Origin: a virus
DNA length: 64,000 bases
IMG/VR virus record: IMGVR_UViG_3300040801_005525
Span: 1-64,000 of that record
Strand: one strand, 5' to 3'
The notes under the pieces are model-generated. The model ran no database searches. It was given only the letters and a program-made list of their open reading frames with translations, and was not told where the DNA came from. The stretch's first letter is position 1; every line of letters starts with the position of its first letter. Positions 9,076 to 18,767 of this stretch are shown piece after piece. The translations under genes were made by a program, and so were the position numbers.

Positions 9076-9890
9076 GCTCTCTCGACTACGCACAGCGATG
9101 GGCGGAGCAGGAGTCACGCTGGGTGAGCCACAGGCAGCTCTGTGACACCCGCGTCATCGAGGCGGCGCCCCTCCCCGAGGAGGATGCCAAGGCGTTCATC
9201 ATGACCCACCACTACTCGGGCTCCTACCCTGCCGCGCGCTGCCGTGTGGGGATCTATGAGCGCGGCAAGCTCGTCGGGGTGTGCGTGTTTGGCATCCCCG
9301 CTGGCCCCACAGTCCTCGAGACGTGGACGGGGTTTGGCCAGGACGAGGCCGTGGAGCTCTCCAGGTTCGTGTTGCTCGACTCTGTGGGGTACAACGCCGA
9401 GAGCCATGCGTTGAAGCTCGCGCGCCGCGTCCTGCTCGAGCACCTCCCCGAGCTGCGCGCGCTCGTCTCCTTTTCTGACCCCGTGCCGCGCTACACGCTC
9501 ACAGGCGCGTGCGTGCTCCCTGGCCACCAGGGCACCATCTACCAAGCCACCAATGGCGCCTACCTCGGGCGCACAACCCCACGCACGCTCTACCTCGATG
9601 CCGAGGGTCGCGTCATCTCGGCGCGTGCCATGCAGAAGGTCGCCCAACAACAACGCGGCCATGAGTACGCCGAGCGGCTTATCGTCGAGGCCGGGGCACC
9701 TCCCCGACGCGCTGGCGAGTGCCCGAAGGCGTGGCTCGCGCGCGCGAAGAGGTGCCTGCGCAAGATACGACATACGGGCAACCACGGCTATGTCTGGGGC
9801 TTGAAGCGAGGCGTGAGTTTTGCCTCGAAAGCGGCCTATCCCAAGCAGGTCGATCCGGTCCAACTCGGGCTTGTGGGGGTGTCTCGATGA
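9072..9890 (+). CDS. Mom-family (GNAT-fold) DNA adenine modification protein
   Basis: FIMTHHYSG, LVGVCVFG, ELSRFVLLD, NAES, LVSFSDP and GHQGTIYQATN are hallmark motifs of Mu Mom-like proteins. Confidence 0.85.
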   Translation: MSSLDYAQRWAEQESRWVSHRQLCDTRVIEAAPLPEEDAKAFIMTHHYSGSYPAARCRVGIYERGKLVGVCVFGIPAGPTVLETWTGFGQDEAVELSRFVLLDSVGYNAESHALKLARRVLLEHLPELRALVSFSDPVPRYTLTGACVLPGHQGTIYQATNGAYLGRTTPRTLYLDAEGRVISARAMQKVAQQQRGHEYAERLIVEAGAPPRRAGECPKAWLARAKRCLRKIRHTGNHGYVWGLKRGVSFASKAAYPKQVDPVQLGLVGVSR

Positions 9891-10057
9891 TGACCCAGGA
9901 CACCATATTTTGTCGGCCTCCTTACGACGCACACATGCTCGAGCTTGAAGAGAAGGGGCTCGTGTACTGGCAGCCCATTCATCTCTGGCTCCCCGATGGC
10001 GGGGTGTGGAAATTGACACCACAGGGCGTCGACTTCTTTGCGCAGAGCGTCCCATGA
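9887..10057 (+). CDS. Small hypothetical protein
   Basis: ATGA-coupled at both ends. LELEEKGLV...WKLTPQG resembles a winged-helix C-terminal fragment. Confidence 0.55.
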   Translation: MMTQDTIFCRPPYDAHMLELEEKGLVYWQPIHLWLPDGGVWKLTPQGVDFFAQSVP

Positions 10058-10683
10058 TCGGCTACGCATCACGCACAGGCACCAGGCGCAACCTGGACGC
10101 TTTGAGGGGAGCCGGGTGGCGCCTGCTCATCAGCGCCACGGGCGTGCACAGACACGAGGGATTCAGGTACGGCATCGACAATGGAGCCTGGACTGCATTT
10201 CAGGCGGGCGAGGACTGGGACACGCCCGCTTATCGTGGCCGCTTCGAGGCCCTGCTCATCACACATGGACAGGACGCAGACTGGATCGCAGTGCCAGACA
10301 TTGTGGAGGGTGGGCTCGTCTCGCTCGCCGTGAGTTTGCGGTGGCTCGAGATGCTGCGCGAGGAGTTCCCCGCGCAGACCTTCCTCATCCCCGTGCAAGA
10401 CGGGATGTGTGGTGAGGATCTCGACCCCTACTTGGATGCATGCACAGGCGTCTTCGTCGGGGGTTCGACCTCATGGAAAGAGCAAACCGCGCACATCTGG
10501 GGGGCGGTCTGTCGCAAGCATGACGCATGGCTCCATATCGGGCGTGTCAACTCCAGAAGGCGCATCAAGCTCTGCGCGCTCGCTGGAGCACATTCGTTCG
10601 ATGGCACGAGCGTGAGTCGTTTTGCAAAGACTCTCCCGAGGCTCGACGCCGAGCGGCGTCAGCAATCCTTCGTCTTCAACTAA
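10054..10683 (+). CDS. TGT/DpdA-like (tRNA-guanine transglycosylase fold) protein
   Basis: Ordered motifs IDNGA, VPDIV, IPVQDG, VFVGGS, LHIGRV and SFDGTS parallel the TGT/DpdA barrel motifs DSG, D, PVxQG, GG, HxLG and SxD. Confidence 0.6.
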   Translation: MIGYASRTGTRRNLDALRGAGWRLLISATGVHRHEGFRYGIDNGAWTAFQAGEDWDTPAYRGRFEALLITHGQDADWIAVPDIVEGGLVSLAVSLRWLEMLREEFPAQTFLIPVQDGMCGEDLDPYLDACTGVFVGGSTSWKEQTAHIWGAVCRKHDAWLHIGRVNSRRRIKLCALAGAHSFDGTSVSRFAKTLPRLDAERRQQSFVFN

Positions 10684-10723
10684 GAGAACCACCCACCCCC
10701 TCCCCACAGCACGGATTTTCATC

Positions 10724-12379
10724 ATGGTACAGACGCACAAGAAGAAGACCCCCTACACCTGCCTGACGCTCTTCAGCGGCATCGGGGGAGGGGCGCTCGG
10801 GTTCCAGCAGGCGGGCTATGAACTCGTCGGGGGACTCGACTCCTGGGAAGAGGCGTGCATCGACTACGAGTACCTCACGGGCAGCAAGGCGCACCACGTG
10901 GACCTCGCCACGCTCGAGCCGCACGAGCTGCGCGCCCTGGTCGGCGCGCGCAGGCCTGATGTCCTGTTCACCTCGCCGCCCTGCAAGGCCTTCTCGGGCT
11001 GTCTGCCGCAGGCCAAGTCCAGGACCGCGAAGTACGTGGCGCTCTCGAGCCTCGCCGAGCGTGGCGTGTGGCTCGCGCTCGAGGCCTGGGACACTCCACC
11101 TCCCATCATCCTGATCGAGAACGTGCCTCGTATCCAGTCACGCGGGCGCAACTGGCTCGATGCCATCACGAGCTTGCTCCACGGCTATGGCTACGCGGTG
11201 ACAGAGAGCACGCACGACTGCGGGGAGCTCGGTGGACTCGCGCAGAAGCGCAGGCGCTTTCTGATGATCGCCCGACACGTGCCTCAAGTCGGTGAGTTCG
11301 TCTATGAACCTCCAAAACAGGTGCTGCGGGGGGTGGGGGAGGTCTTCTCTCTGCTCCCTGTCCCTGTCCCAAAACAGGACGTGCAGCCGGGCGGGGTGAT
11401 GCACACGCTCGGGAACCTCTCGGCGATGAACTGGCTTCGGCTCGCCCTCGTGCCAGCTGGCGGGGACTGGCGAGACTTGCCCGAGCGCGTCATGCTCCCT
11501 CACCGCGCCGCGCGCCAGAATGGGTGCTATGGGGTCGTGGGGTGGGAGGATGCGGCGCGCACGGTCGTGGGGCATGCCACGGTGCAGGCGGCGCGCTCGA
11601 ACGTCGCAGACCCGAGGGTGACGTGTGTGAGGCGCCCGGGCAGCGAGGGCGTCACCTCCTGGGATGCCCCCTCGACCACCGTGATCGCACATGGGCGCCA
11701 CTTCAATGGACCCTGGCAGGTGGCAGACCCCCGAATCACGTTCGCGCCGAGGAGCTCGTGCTACGGGGTGCAGGAGGAAGGCGAGCCTGCATGCACGGTC
11801 ATCGGCCACGCCCACCACGACAAGGGACGCTACATCTTCGCCGATCCCCGTCTCACCTGCTCGCCACGCGCCACGGCCTACGGGGTGCAGTCCTTCGCGG
11901 AGAGCTCGGGGTGCATCGTCGGCCATGCATGCCATGACAACGGACGCTACGCGGTGGCTGATGAGCGCGACGTGATGCGCGCCACGCACGTCCTGCGCAC
12001 GCGTGATGGCGAGATCTACCTCGAAGGCGAGCCGCTCGACCTGGAGAGCAGAAAGGCCATGCACCTCGTCATCGCGGCGCGCGATGGCACGTGGCACAGG
12101 CCGATGACGACGCTCGAGCTCGCCGCGTTGCAGAGCTTCCCGATGTGGCATCAGGGCGACTGGCTCAAGCTCCATGGCGAGAACAAGGCTGCATGGCGCC
12201 AGAAGATCGGGAACGCGGTGCCGCCGATGACGGCCAAGGCCATCGCCGAGACGATCGCGCGAAGCCTCGATGCCTCGCTTCACGGTGCGTTTCTGATGGC
12301 CGGTGAGCCCGTGTGGGTGCAGCCTGATGATGTGGCAGAAGAGGTACAGGTCGATGATGGACTTGAACAACGAGGTTGA
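10724..12379 (+). CDS. DNA (cytosine-5)-methyltransferase with repeat-expanded variable region
   Basis: Motif I FSGIGG, IV SPPCKAFS, VI ENV, VIII QKRRR, IX RPMTTLE, X GNAVPP. Confidence 0.92.
   Translation: MVQTHKKKTPYTCLTLFSGIGGGALGFQQAGYELVGGLDSWEEACIDYEYLTGSKAHHVDLATLEPHELRALVGARRPDVLFTSPPCKAFSGCLPQAKSRTAKYVALSSLAERGVWLALEAWDTPPPIILIENVPRIQSRGRNWLDAITSLLHGYGYAVTESTHDCGELGGLAQKRRRFLMIARHVPQVGEFVYEPPKQVLRGVGEVFSLLPVPVPKQDVQPGGVMHTLGNLSAMNWLRLALVPAGGDWRDLPERVMLPHRAARQNGCYGVVGWEDAARTVVGHATVQAARSNVADPRVTCVRRPGSEGVTSWDAPSTTVIAHGRHFNGPWQVADPRITFAPRSSCYGVQEEGEPACTVIGHAHHDKGRYIFADPRLTCSPRATAYGVQSFAESSGCIVGHACHDNGRYAVADERDVMRATHVLRTRDGEIYLEGEPLDLESRKAMHLVIAARDGTWHRPMTTLELAALQSFPMWHQGDWLKLHGENKAAWRQKIGNAVPPMTAKAIAETIARSLDASLHGAFLMAGEPVWVQPDDVAEEVQVDDGLEQRG
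11520..11970 (+). repeat. Four 39-aa (117-bp) internal repeats in the methyltransferase
   Basis: ADPR/ADER codons begin at 11606, 11723, 11840 and 11957 (exact 117-bp period). Each unit is roughly YGV..W....TV.GH......ADPR. Confidence 0.85.
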
Positions 12380-12381
12380 AA

Positions 12382-12975
12382 ATGAAGGACAGGATCAAGG
12401 TAAGCGTCGCGCGTGATTTCAGCAGGTTTCCGGGCGGCCGCTACAGGGCGCAGGGGGAGACGAGCGGCGAGGCGCTGCGTGATGATGTGCTCGTGCCTGC
12501 GCTCAAGGAGGCCGAGGTCGTGGAGGTGTACCTGGGCGATGTGCTCGGGCTTGGCGCGAGCTTCCTCGAGGAGGCGTTTGGCGGGCTCGTGCGACGTGGG
12601 GGATTCACCCAGGCCGAGCTCGATCGCAAGCTCGTGCTCAAGGGAGGTATCGACTCGGATCACGAGGACATCAGGAGTTACATCGCAGACGCAGATGCCA
12701 TCAAAAGTGAGGAGCAGCTGTACGAGCTTGCTTTGCGTGAGGATCCATTCGAGCAGCCTGACCATGTCATGACGCAGAGTGAAGAGGGAAAGACAGGGAT
12801 CTGCTCGATGAGCGGGCTCAAGTGTCCCTATTGCCTCGAGCGCCAGAGTTTCTTCGATGAGCCCATGGAGGGTGACTCGGATGTGGCGCGATACACCTGT
12901 GAATCATGCGAGCGAGAGTTCATGCTCGAGCTGTCATGGGGAGTCACGTGCTACAACACATGGAGGGCAACGTGA
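12382..12975 (+). CDS. STAS-like (DUF4325-type) protein with C-terminal Zn ribbon
   Basis: DFSRFPGGRY..SGEALR..L..ASFLEEAFGGLVR, then CPYC...CESC. Confidence 0.75.
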   Translation: MKDRIKVSVARDFSRFPGGRYRAQGETSGEALRDDVLVPALKEAEVVEVYLGDVLGLGASFLEEAFGGLVRRGGFTQAELDRKLVLKGGIDSDHEDIRSYIADADAIKSEEQLYELALREDPFEQPDHVMTQSEEGKTGICSMSGLKCPYCLERQSFFDEPMEGDSDVARYTCESCEREFMLELSWGVTCYNTWRAT

Positions 12976-13304
12976 CCACCTACACACAACGACGCGCCGA
13001 TGCGGTCTATGCGTGGGCGCTTCGGCACGCCGAGGCACACTCTGCTCTGCTCGAGCGCCTCATCGATGGCGTCTATCGCACCTGTGATGTGGGCTGCGTA
13101 AGCTTCTCACTCGATCAGCGCAAGATCAGTGATGGCACAAACGAGTTCGAGCCGCTGCTCGAGGGGAGTGAGGTGCTGTCGTGGAAGCTCGTGTCCTCCT
13201 CGGATGTGCATGGGCCAGCAGAGCAAGCATGGCAACTCGTGCCAGCACATGCGGATGCGATCTGGTGTGCGCTACAGGACCATCCAAGCAGGAAGGAGAC
13301 GTGA
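12972..13304 (+). CDS. Hypothetical protein
   Basis: GTGA overlap, GGAGG RBS. Confidence 0.6.
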   Translation: MTTYTQRRADAVYAWALRHAEAHSALLERLIDGVYRTCDVGCVSFSLDQRKISDGTNEFEPLLEGSEVLSWKLVSSSDVHGPAEQAWQLVPAHADAIWCALQDHPSRKET

Positions 13305-13711
13305 TGGAGGCATGCATCATCAAGATTCCACCTTCGGCGATCTCCGAGTCGAGGTGCAGGCTTTGCGACAGAAACGACGATTCACTGGAATGGATTGTCG
13401 ATGGTGAGGCCATATGTGATTGGTGTTGCGGTTTCATCATGGGTCCATATTACACGCCAGATCCTGATAAACTTCGCAACGCGATCGAGGAGAAGAGGAA
13501 GGAAGGACATGTCGAAGTGTCCTGGTTGGTCAGGCATGCTCATCCCTTCCACCGTGCTGGTCACAAGTGCGTTGCGAAGTGCTCGCTGTGTCAGCGCCTT
13601 GAGTTTGAGCATGATGAGAGGGCGAAGATGGTGTCGCAGTGGGATGGCTTGATAGCGGTAGACGACGCATTCAAACGTGCGCTCCGCAAGCTCGAAGCAG
13701 GAGGTGCGTGA
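13304..13711 (+). CDS. Cys-rich hypothetical (Zn-binding) protein
   Basis: CRLC, CDWC and CSLC. AAGGAG RBS. Confidence 0.65.
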   Translation: MEACIIKIPPSAISESRCRLCDRNDDSLEWIVDGEAICDWCCGFIMGPYYTPDPDKLRNAIEEKRKEGHVEVSWLVRHAHPFHRAGHKCVAKCSLCQRLEFEHDERAKMVSQWDGLIAVDDAFKRALRKLEAGGA

Positions 13712-14043
13712 TGCCGATCGATGCTGAATGGAAGAGCCTCTACCCGGCAGACTGGGACGCCATCAGCCTCGCCGTGCGCGAGGATGCAGGCTGGGTGTGT
13801 GAGTGGTGCGACGTAGCGCAGGGGGCAAAGATAAAGCGCCCTGGTGACAAGACCACGATCGTCGTGCTCACCGTGGCACACCTCGACCATGACCCGAGGC
13901 ACTGCGACAGGGAGAACCTGCGGGCACTCTGTCAGAAATGCCACATCAACTATGACAAACGCCCCGGACAGCAGCGAAAGCGGGAGATGCTTCGCGCCGA
14001 GGTGCTCCACGGGCAGACGAGCATGTTTGGAGAAGGCGCATGA
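13711..14043 (+). CDS. HNH endonuclease-family protein
   Basis: YPADWDAIS..CEWC..LTVAHLDHDP..ENLRALCQKCH. Confidence 0.85.
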   Translation: MPIDAEWKSLYPADWDAISLAVREDAGWVCEWCDVAQGAKIKRPGDKTTIVVLTVAHLDHDPRHCDRENLRALCQKCHINYDKRPGQQRKREMLRAEVLHGQTSMFGEGA

Positions 14044-14642
14044 TCAAGCGAGTCAAAGAGATGACATTTGATGACGTGTTTCCCGGCATGGTCGGGATCA
14101 GTGAAGATATGACGCTCATGACCGAAGATGGAGTGGGGACACAGCGCGCTCGCCGAGAGGTGGGGATCTATGTGACGTTCGATGAGCGCCAGAGTCTCCC
14201 GGCAGAAGGTCTGGAGGAGCCCGAGATGAGGATGAGCACGCGTCAGACCATCCTGTCGAAGTTCCAGAAGAAGTTCCTTCGCGCCGAGGCGAGCCACATC
14301 GAGCCAGTGCGCCGTGTATGTGAGCCGTTCGATGTGCACATCGAGCAGCTTGATGCGCACATCCTTGGCCATGCCGGACGACGTGGCTGGGCGCTGATAA
14401 GCCCCTCGGCGCTCGCTCTCTATCATGATGAGGAGGACCCGTTCCCCATGCTCATCCTCGAGCATATGGGCAACCGAAGCGCGTGGATCGTGCACTCGAT
14501 TGTGTATGTCGATGAGATGGAGGGTCGGGAGATGACCGCTGATGAGTTGCTCGCCGGTCTCGCTGGCGAGATTCGTGCCGCGCAGGATCGCGCTCGTCAC
14601 GTGCCCCGGCCTGACTTCCGTATCGACTTTGGGTGGTACTGA
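14040..14642 (+). CDS. Hypothetical protein
   Basis: ATGA overlap, typical codon usage. Confidence 0.7.
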   Translation: MIKRVKEMTFDDVFPGMVGISEDMTLMTEDGVGTQRARREVGIYVTFDERQSLPAEGLEEPEMRMSTRQTILSKFQKKFLRAEASHIEPVRRVCEPFDVHIEQLDAHILGHAGRRGWALISPSALALYHDEEDPFPMLILEHMGNRSAWIVHSIVYVDEMEGREMTADELLAGLAGEIRAAQDRARHVPRPDFRIDFGWY

Positions 14643-15055
14643 TGGACCGCATCAAACTCTGCGTGGCGGGCTCACGCCATCTTCACGACCAGGCGCGCGT
14701 CGAGCAGCTCATCGTGAAGGGCTTGCACGAGCTGGGCATCAACCCGAAGCTCGTGCACACGCTCATCAACGGCAAGTGCCCCTATGGCGGCGTGGATGCA
14801 TGCGCTGAAACATGGGCGCGTCGCATGGGCATCCAGATCGAACTCTATCCGGGTCGAGGCGGCAAGGGTGGGTTCCCGGCGAGGAACAAGCAGATGGCGC
14901 AGCGCGCCACACACGCCATCCTCATCTACGCCGCGCATCACGCGTGCCGGGGCACGCAGGACATGCACACGCAATGGATAGGCGTGCACGGCGCCACGGC
15001 CGACAACATCATCACCTACACCATCGATGAAGAGGGCAGCGAGGTCGATCCATGA
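14642..15055 (+). CDS. SLOG/YspA-like (DUF2493-type) protein
   Basis: VAGSR, GxCxxGGVD..AETWA, and G..ARNKQMA. Confidence 0.75.
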   Translation: MDRIKLCVAGSRHLHDQARVEQLIVKGLHELGINPKLVHTLINGKCPYGGVDACAETWARRMGIQIELYPGRGGKGGFPARNKQMAQRATHAILIYAAHHACRGTQDMHTQWIGVHGATADNIITYTIDEEGSEVDP

Positions 15056-15252
15056 GCAACTACAGGAACCACAGAAGAGACGAACACCGGCGCACCGAGC
15101 ATGGTCCGCGATGGGAGAGCGCTGACCCTGGCAAGGGCTGCAACTCCACGCATGTGGCGCGCTCGCGGCGCAAGTGGAGGACCAGGCGGCGCCGCCGTGA
15201 GAGACGACATGGGCTTGACGAGATCAACACATTGACGCATGAGGAAGAATAA
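15052..15252 (+). CDS. Small Arg-rich protein
   Basis: ATGA overlap. Contains RSRRKWRTRRRRRERR. Confidence 0.6.
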   Translation: MSNYRNHRRDEHRRTEHGPRWESADPGKGCNSTHVARSRRKWRTRRRRRERRHGLDEINTLTHEEE

Positions 15253-15253
15253 G

Positions 15254-15826
15254 ATGAACGCAGATAATTCCGATATATGGGGCGAGTTGCGAAGTGCGTG
15301 TGCTCATTCACAGAGCAAAGGCATGCTCATGCTCGCGCGTATCGACCGTATGGAGATCGAGGAAAGCGAGCGCAGACAACTCTATGCTTATGCCAGTGAT
15401 CATGGCGTGGAGAGGCCAGGGCACATCCTGAGTTTCGTGCAATCCTGTAGCGAACGTCGCAATCCCAACTTCGACTTGGAGATGCTCGAGGACCTCCAGG
15501 ACATCATGCGTTGGTGGCACGCCCATCATCGCATGACACATCCCGACTGCCTTGCTGTGCAGGCCTCCCATCAATATGGCGAGCGGCCTGATGGGGAGCG
15601 ATGGCGCTATCACTTCAGGTTGGCCTTGCAGCCCACGTTCCCACGCATGTCAGACCAAAGGCTCAGGACGTATCATGATGACTACCCAACTCCTGATGCA
15701 ATGGATGAGTGGTGGACGCATATCTTCAACGAGTGGGTGGTCGCACCACAGGGACAAATGAGAGGAGGACGCGCCGAGGTGTTCTTCTTCTGTGGCAAGT
15801 TTTTTCGCACGAGGCAGGCAAGATGA
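15254..15826 (+). CDS. Hypothetical protein with N-terminal WGELRS motif
   Basis: GAGGA RBS, motif family member. Confidence 0.7.
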   Translation: MNADNSDIWGELRSACAHSQSKGMLMLARIDRMEIEESERRQLYAYASDHGVERPGHILSFVQSCSERRNPNFDLEMLEDLQDIMRWWHAHHRMTHPDCLAVQASHQYGERPDGERWRYHFRLALQPTFPRMSDQRLRTYHDDYPTPDAMDEWWTHIFNEWVVAPQGQMRGGRAEVFFFCGKFFRTRQAR

Positions 15827-16515
15827 AGCTGATGATCGTGGGCGATGTGCATGCCCAATACAAGCACATGGAGCACGTCATCAGCTTGGCGCTCGAGCAG
15901 CTCGGGCCGGTCGACAGGATCGTGCAGGTGGGGGATTTTGGCTTCTACCCTTCTTATGTCAGGCGCCGCTGGCGCGACTTCGGGGTGCCCATGCACTTCA
16001 TCCGCGGTAACCACGAGGAGCACGATCGCCTCCCCATCGATCAGGTTGCGACAGGCCCGATGGCCACCCCATGCGGTCCCTGGGAGTTCATCGGTGATGG
16101 CTATGTGGATGAGCACGAGGTGCTCCACATCGGCGGCGCGTGGAGCATCGATCGGCAGTACAGGCAGCTCATCGCGGTGCAGAAGCCGGACTTCATCGAC
16201 GTGTGGCGGCCCACAGAGCAGATGAGCGAGGCGACGATCGAGCGGCTGTGGGGAGAGCTCAAAGGCCAGAGCTTTCGCGCGGTCATCACGCACGAAGCGC
16301 CCGAGTTCCTGTTTCCACAGCTCGTGACCACACGCGTCGAGGAGCCAAACCGCACGGCGGCTTTCCTCGAGCGGCTCGCGCGCTCCATCACGACCCCCAC
16401 CTGGTGCTTTGGCCATCACCACAAGGGCCTGCACGTGCACCACGATGGCACGAGCTTCCACTGCATCGACATGCTCGGCGGCACAAGCTCGCCGGTCCAC
16501 CTCCTGGAGATCTGA
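15823..16515 (+). CDS. Calcineurin-like metallophosphoesterase
   Basis: GDVH, GDFG, GNHE, THEAP and GHHH motifs. Confidence 0.9.
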   Translation: MKLMIVGDVHAQYKHMEHVISLALEQLGPVDRIVQVGDFGFYPSYVRRRWRDFGVPMHFIRGNHEEHDRLPIDQVATGPMATPCGPWEFIGDGYVDEHEVLHIGGAWSIDRQYRQLIAVQKPDFIDVWRPTEQMSEATIERLWGELKGQSFRAVITHEAPEFLFPQLVTTRVEEPNRTAAFLERLARSITTPTWCFGHHHKGLHVHHDGTSFHCIDMLGGTSSPVHLLEI

Positions 16516-16517
16516 CC

Positions 16518-17315
16518 ATGATGTATGACTACCTCGACCTGCTCGGAGATGTGCTCGAGCACGGCACCCCATCAGATGACCGCACAGGGACGGGCACCCG
16601 CTCGATCTTTGGCGCGCAGCTGCGCTTCGACCTCGCGCAGGGCTTCCCGGCCGTGACCACCAAGCGCCTCTACTTCAAGGGCGTGGTGTGCGAGCTGCTC
16701 TGGTTCCTCAAAGGCTCCACGAACTCGCGCGAGCTCGAGCGCCAGGGCGTCAAGATCTGGCGTGAATGGGCGGATGCAAACGGCGAGCTCGGGCCGGTGT
16801 ACGGGGCGCAGTGGCGATCCTGGGCTGGCGCCGATGGCGCGACCCATGACCAGATCGCGCAGGTCATCGCGTCGATCCGCCACAACCCCAACTCGCGCCG
16901 GCACATCGTGAGCGCGTGGAACGTCGCGGAGCTCGACCAGATGGCGCTCCCCCCATGTCACGTGCTCTTCCAGTTCTATGTGAGGGGTGGAAAGCTCTCG
17001 TGCCAGCTCTACCAGAGGAGCGCTGACCTGTTCCTGGGTGTGCCGTTCAACATCGCGAGCTACGTGCTCCTGACGCACATGATCGCGCAGGTCACCGGCC
17101 TCGAGGTGGGGGAGTTCATTCACACCTTTGGTGACGCGCACATCTATGAGAACCACGTCGAGCAGGTGCGTGAACAGCTCTCGCGCAGGCCTTATGATGC
17201 GCCACGTCTTGTACTCGACCCTGGCATCACGCACATTGATCACTTCGCCCTCGAGCACATCCGCCTCGAGGGGTATGAGCACCACCCCGCCATCAAGGCG
17301 CCGATCGCGGTGTGA
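16518..17315 (+). CDS. thyA: Thymidylate synthase
   Basis: [42 protein letters not shown] and DAHIY. Confidence 0.97.
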   Translation: MMYDYLDLLGDVLEHGTPSDDRTGTGTRSIFGAQLRFDLAQGFPAVTTKRLYFKGVVCELLWFLKGSTNSRELERQGVKIWREWADANGELGPVYGAQWRSWAGADGATHDQIAQVIASIRHNPNSRRHIVSAWNVAELDQMALPPCHVLFQFYVRGGKLSCQLYQRSADLFLGVPFNIASYVLLTHMIAQVTGLEVGEFIHTFGDAHIYENHVEQVREQLSRRPYDAPRLVLDPGITHIDHFALEHIRLEGYEHHPAIKAPIAV

Positions 17316-17337
17316 CCGCATAAAGGAGAGCGAGCCC

Positions 17338-18105
17338 ATGCAGGATGACGCGAAGATCATGAGTACGTTTGGCGACTTGCGTGCGGCATGTCACAACAAG
17401 GATACCGAAGCCCTGTCCTCCATATACCTCGATGGAATTGATGAAGAGGCTGCGATCTCCTATGCGTTCGAGCACCTCGAAGAGAACGCCATCCTGGCAA
17501 GGGCACTTCGCTGGCATGATCAGGACGGGCAAGAGTGCTCACCCGTCTGGGCTCTATTTCAGCAAGAAGGCTCCGTGAACCTGACCTTGTTCGGAGGCCT
17601 CAAGTTCTGGAGCAGCGATGGGACATACGAGAGGCGCATGTTTCTTCTGAGTATCATCGATCTCGTGCAAGGGGCCCAACCGCAACTCTCTGATTCGCTT
17701 GGCTTTGACCCCTTTACTGCCTCACGCACATTCATCGAAACCAAGGAGAGGCTCCTTGACGAAAGGCAGATAAGAACCATGTGCACTGACCTCGACTTTT
17801 GCCAGGGATGGGAGTTCATGGATTTCGCCACGCCCAAAGAGCAGAACATGCATTTTTGCACTATGTATACGCTTGAGGTGCTCATTTGGAGCCTGGAGTT
17901 CATATGGCAATACGGTCAGGCTCATAGGCTATGGACATCTGCGCTCAATGCAGTGTCTTACCACCGAGCTTGCAGTGATGCTGGCGATCTCAAATACACC
18001 CTGGCCGAGCTTGTTGAAGAACACACCTTTGACTTCAATACGACCATGATGGGCCTCATCAGAGAGAGATGGATGGCCCATAGGGCGTCGATGATTTCCC
18101 GTTAA
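17338..18105 (+). CDS. Hypothetical protein with N-terminal FGDLRA motif
   Basis: AAGGAG RBS, visibly lower GC than neighbours, motif family member. Confidence 0.7.
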   Translation: MQDDAKIMSTFGDLRAACHNKDTEALSSIYLDGIDEEAAISYAFEHLEENAILARALRWHDQDGQECSPVWALFQQEGSVNLTLFGGLKFWSSDGTYERRMFLLSIIDLVQGAQPQLSDSLGFDPFTASRTFIETKERLLDERQIRTMCTDLDFCQGWEFMDFATPKEQNMHFCTMYTLEVLIWSLEFIWQYGQAHRLWTSALNAVSYHRACSDAGDLKYTLAELVEEHTFDFNTTMMGLIRERWMAHRASMISR

Positions 18106-18218
18106 TCCATGTACAATTCATGCAAAGATTTGTACATGAGGGTTGAATCATGAGATCGCTCGTGAGATCATGTGTGATGTACGCACATCCATGAATTCAC
18201 ACAAGAAAGAGCCTCCTC

Positions 18219-18767
18219 ATGCGTCTTTGTGACACCGACATCTTGCACGAGCTCGAACACGGCGATCTCCAAATCACGCCTCTCCCCGAAGACCAGGCAC
18301 GCTGGCTCCAGCCCGCTGGCGTGGACCTGCGCCTCGCTTGTGAGTTCCGGCGCCTGAGCCCCTACCTCGCGTGCATCCGCCCGCACGCGCTGACCGGGGA
18401 GGAGTTCGACGAGCCCTGTGACCTGAACGCCGATGGCGAGTTCAGGCTCGCGCCTGGGGAGTTCGCGTTGGCGCGCACCATGGAGTACGTCAAGATCCCA
18501 CGCGACCTGTCTGCGAACCTCGATGAGCGCTCGACCTACGCACGGTGCGGGGTCTTGATGCACCTCGTGGCCGGGAACATCGAGCCAGGGTTCGAGGGGC
18601 ACATCACGCTCGAACTCGCGAACCTCACCCCCTGCCCCGTCTTCCTGAAGCCAGGCGAGCCGGTGGTCCAGATGACCCTGAACGCCCTGTCCGATGTGCC
18701 AGGGCGTGACTACACCACGAAGGGAGGGCGCTACCAGCGCTCCCATGGCTGCATCGCCCCGCGCTAA
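18219..18767 (+). CDS. dcd: dCTP deaminase
   Basis: QPAGVDLRL, LAPGEFAL..TMEYVKIP, RSTYARCG and IEPGFEGHITLELAN. Confidence 0.9.
   Translation: MRLCDTDILHELEHGDLQITPLPEDQARWLQPAGVDLRLACEFRRLSPYLACIRPHALTGEEFDEPCDLNADGEFRLAPGEFALARTMEYVKIPRDLSANLDERSTYARCGVLMHLVAGNIEPGFEGHITLELANLTPCPVFLKPGEPVVQMTLNALSDVPGRDYTTKGGRYQRSHGCIAPR

Noticed and set aside
16518-17315. ThyA as a dCMP hydroxymethylase for base hypermodification
   Set aside because: It keeps the dUMP-specifying Asn in GVPFN and looks like ordinary bacterial ThyA throughout.
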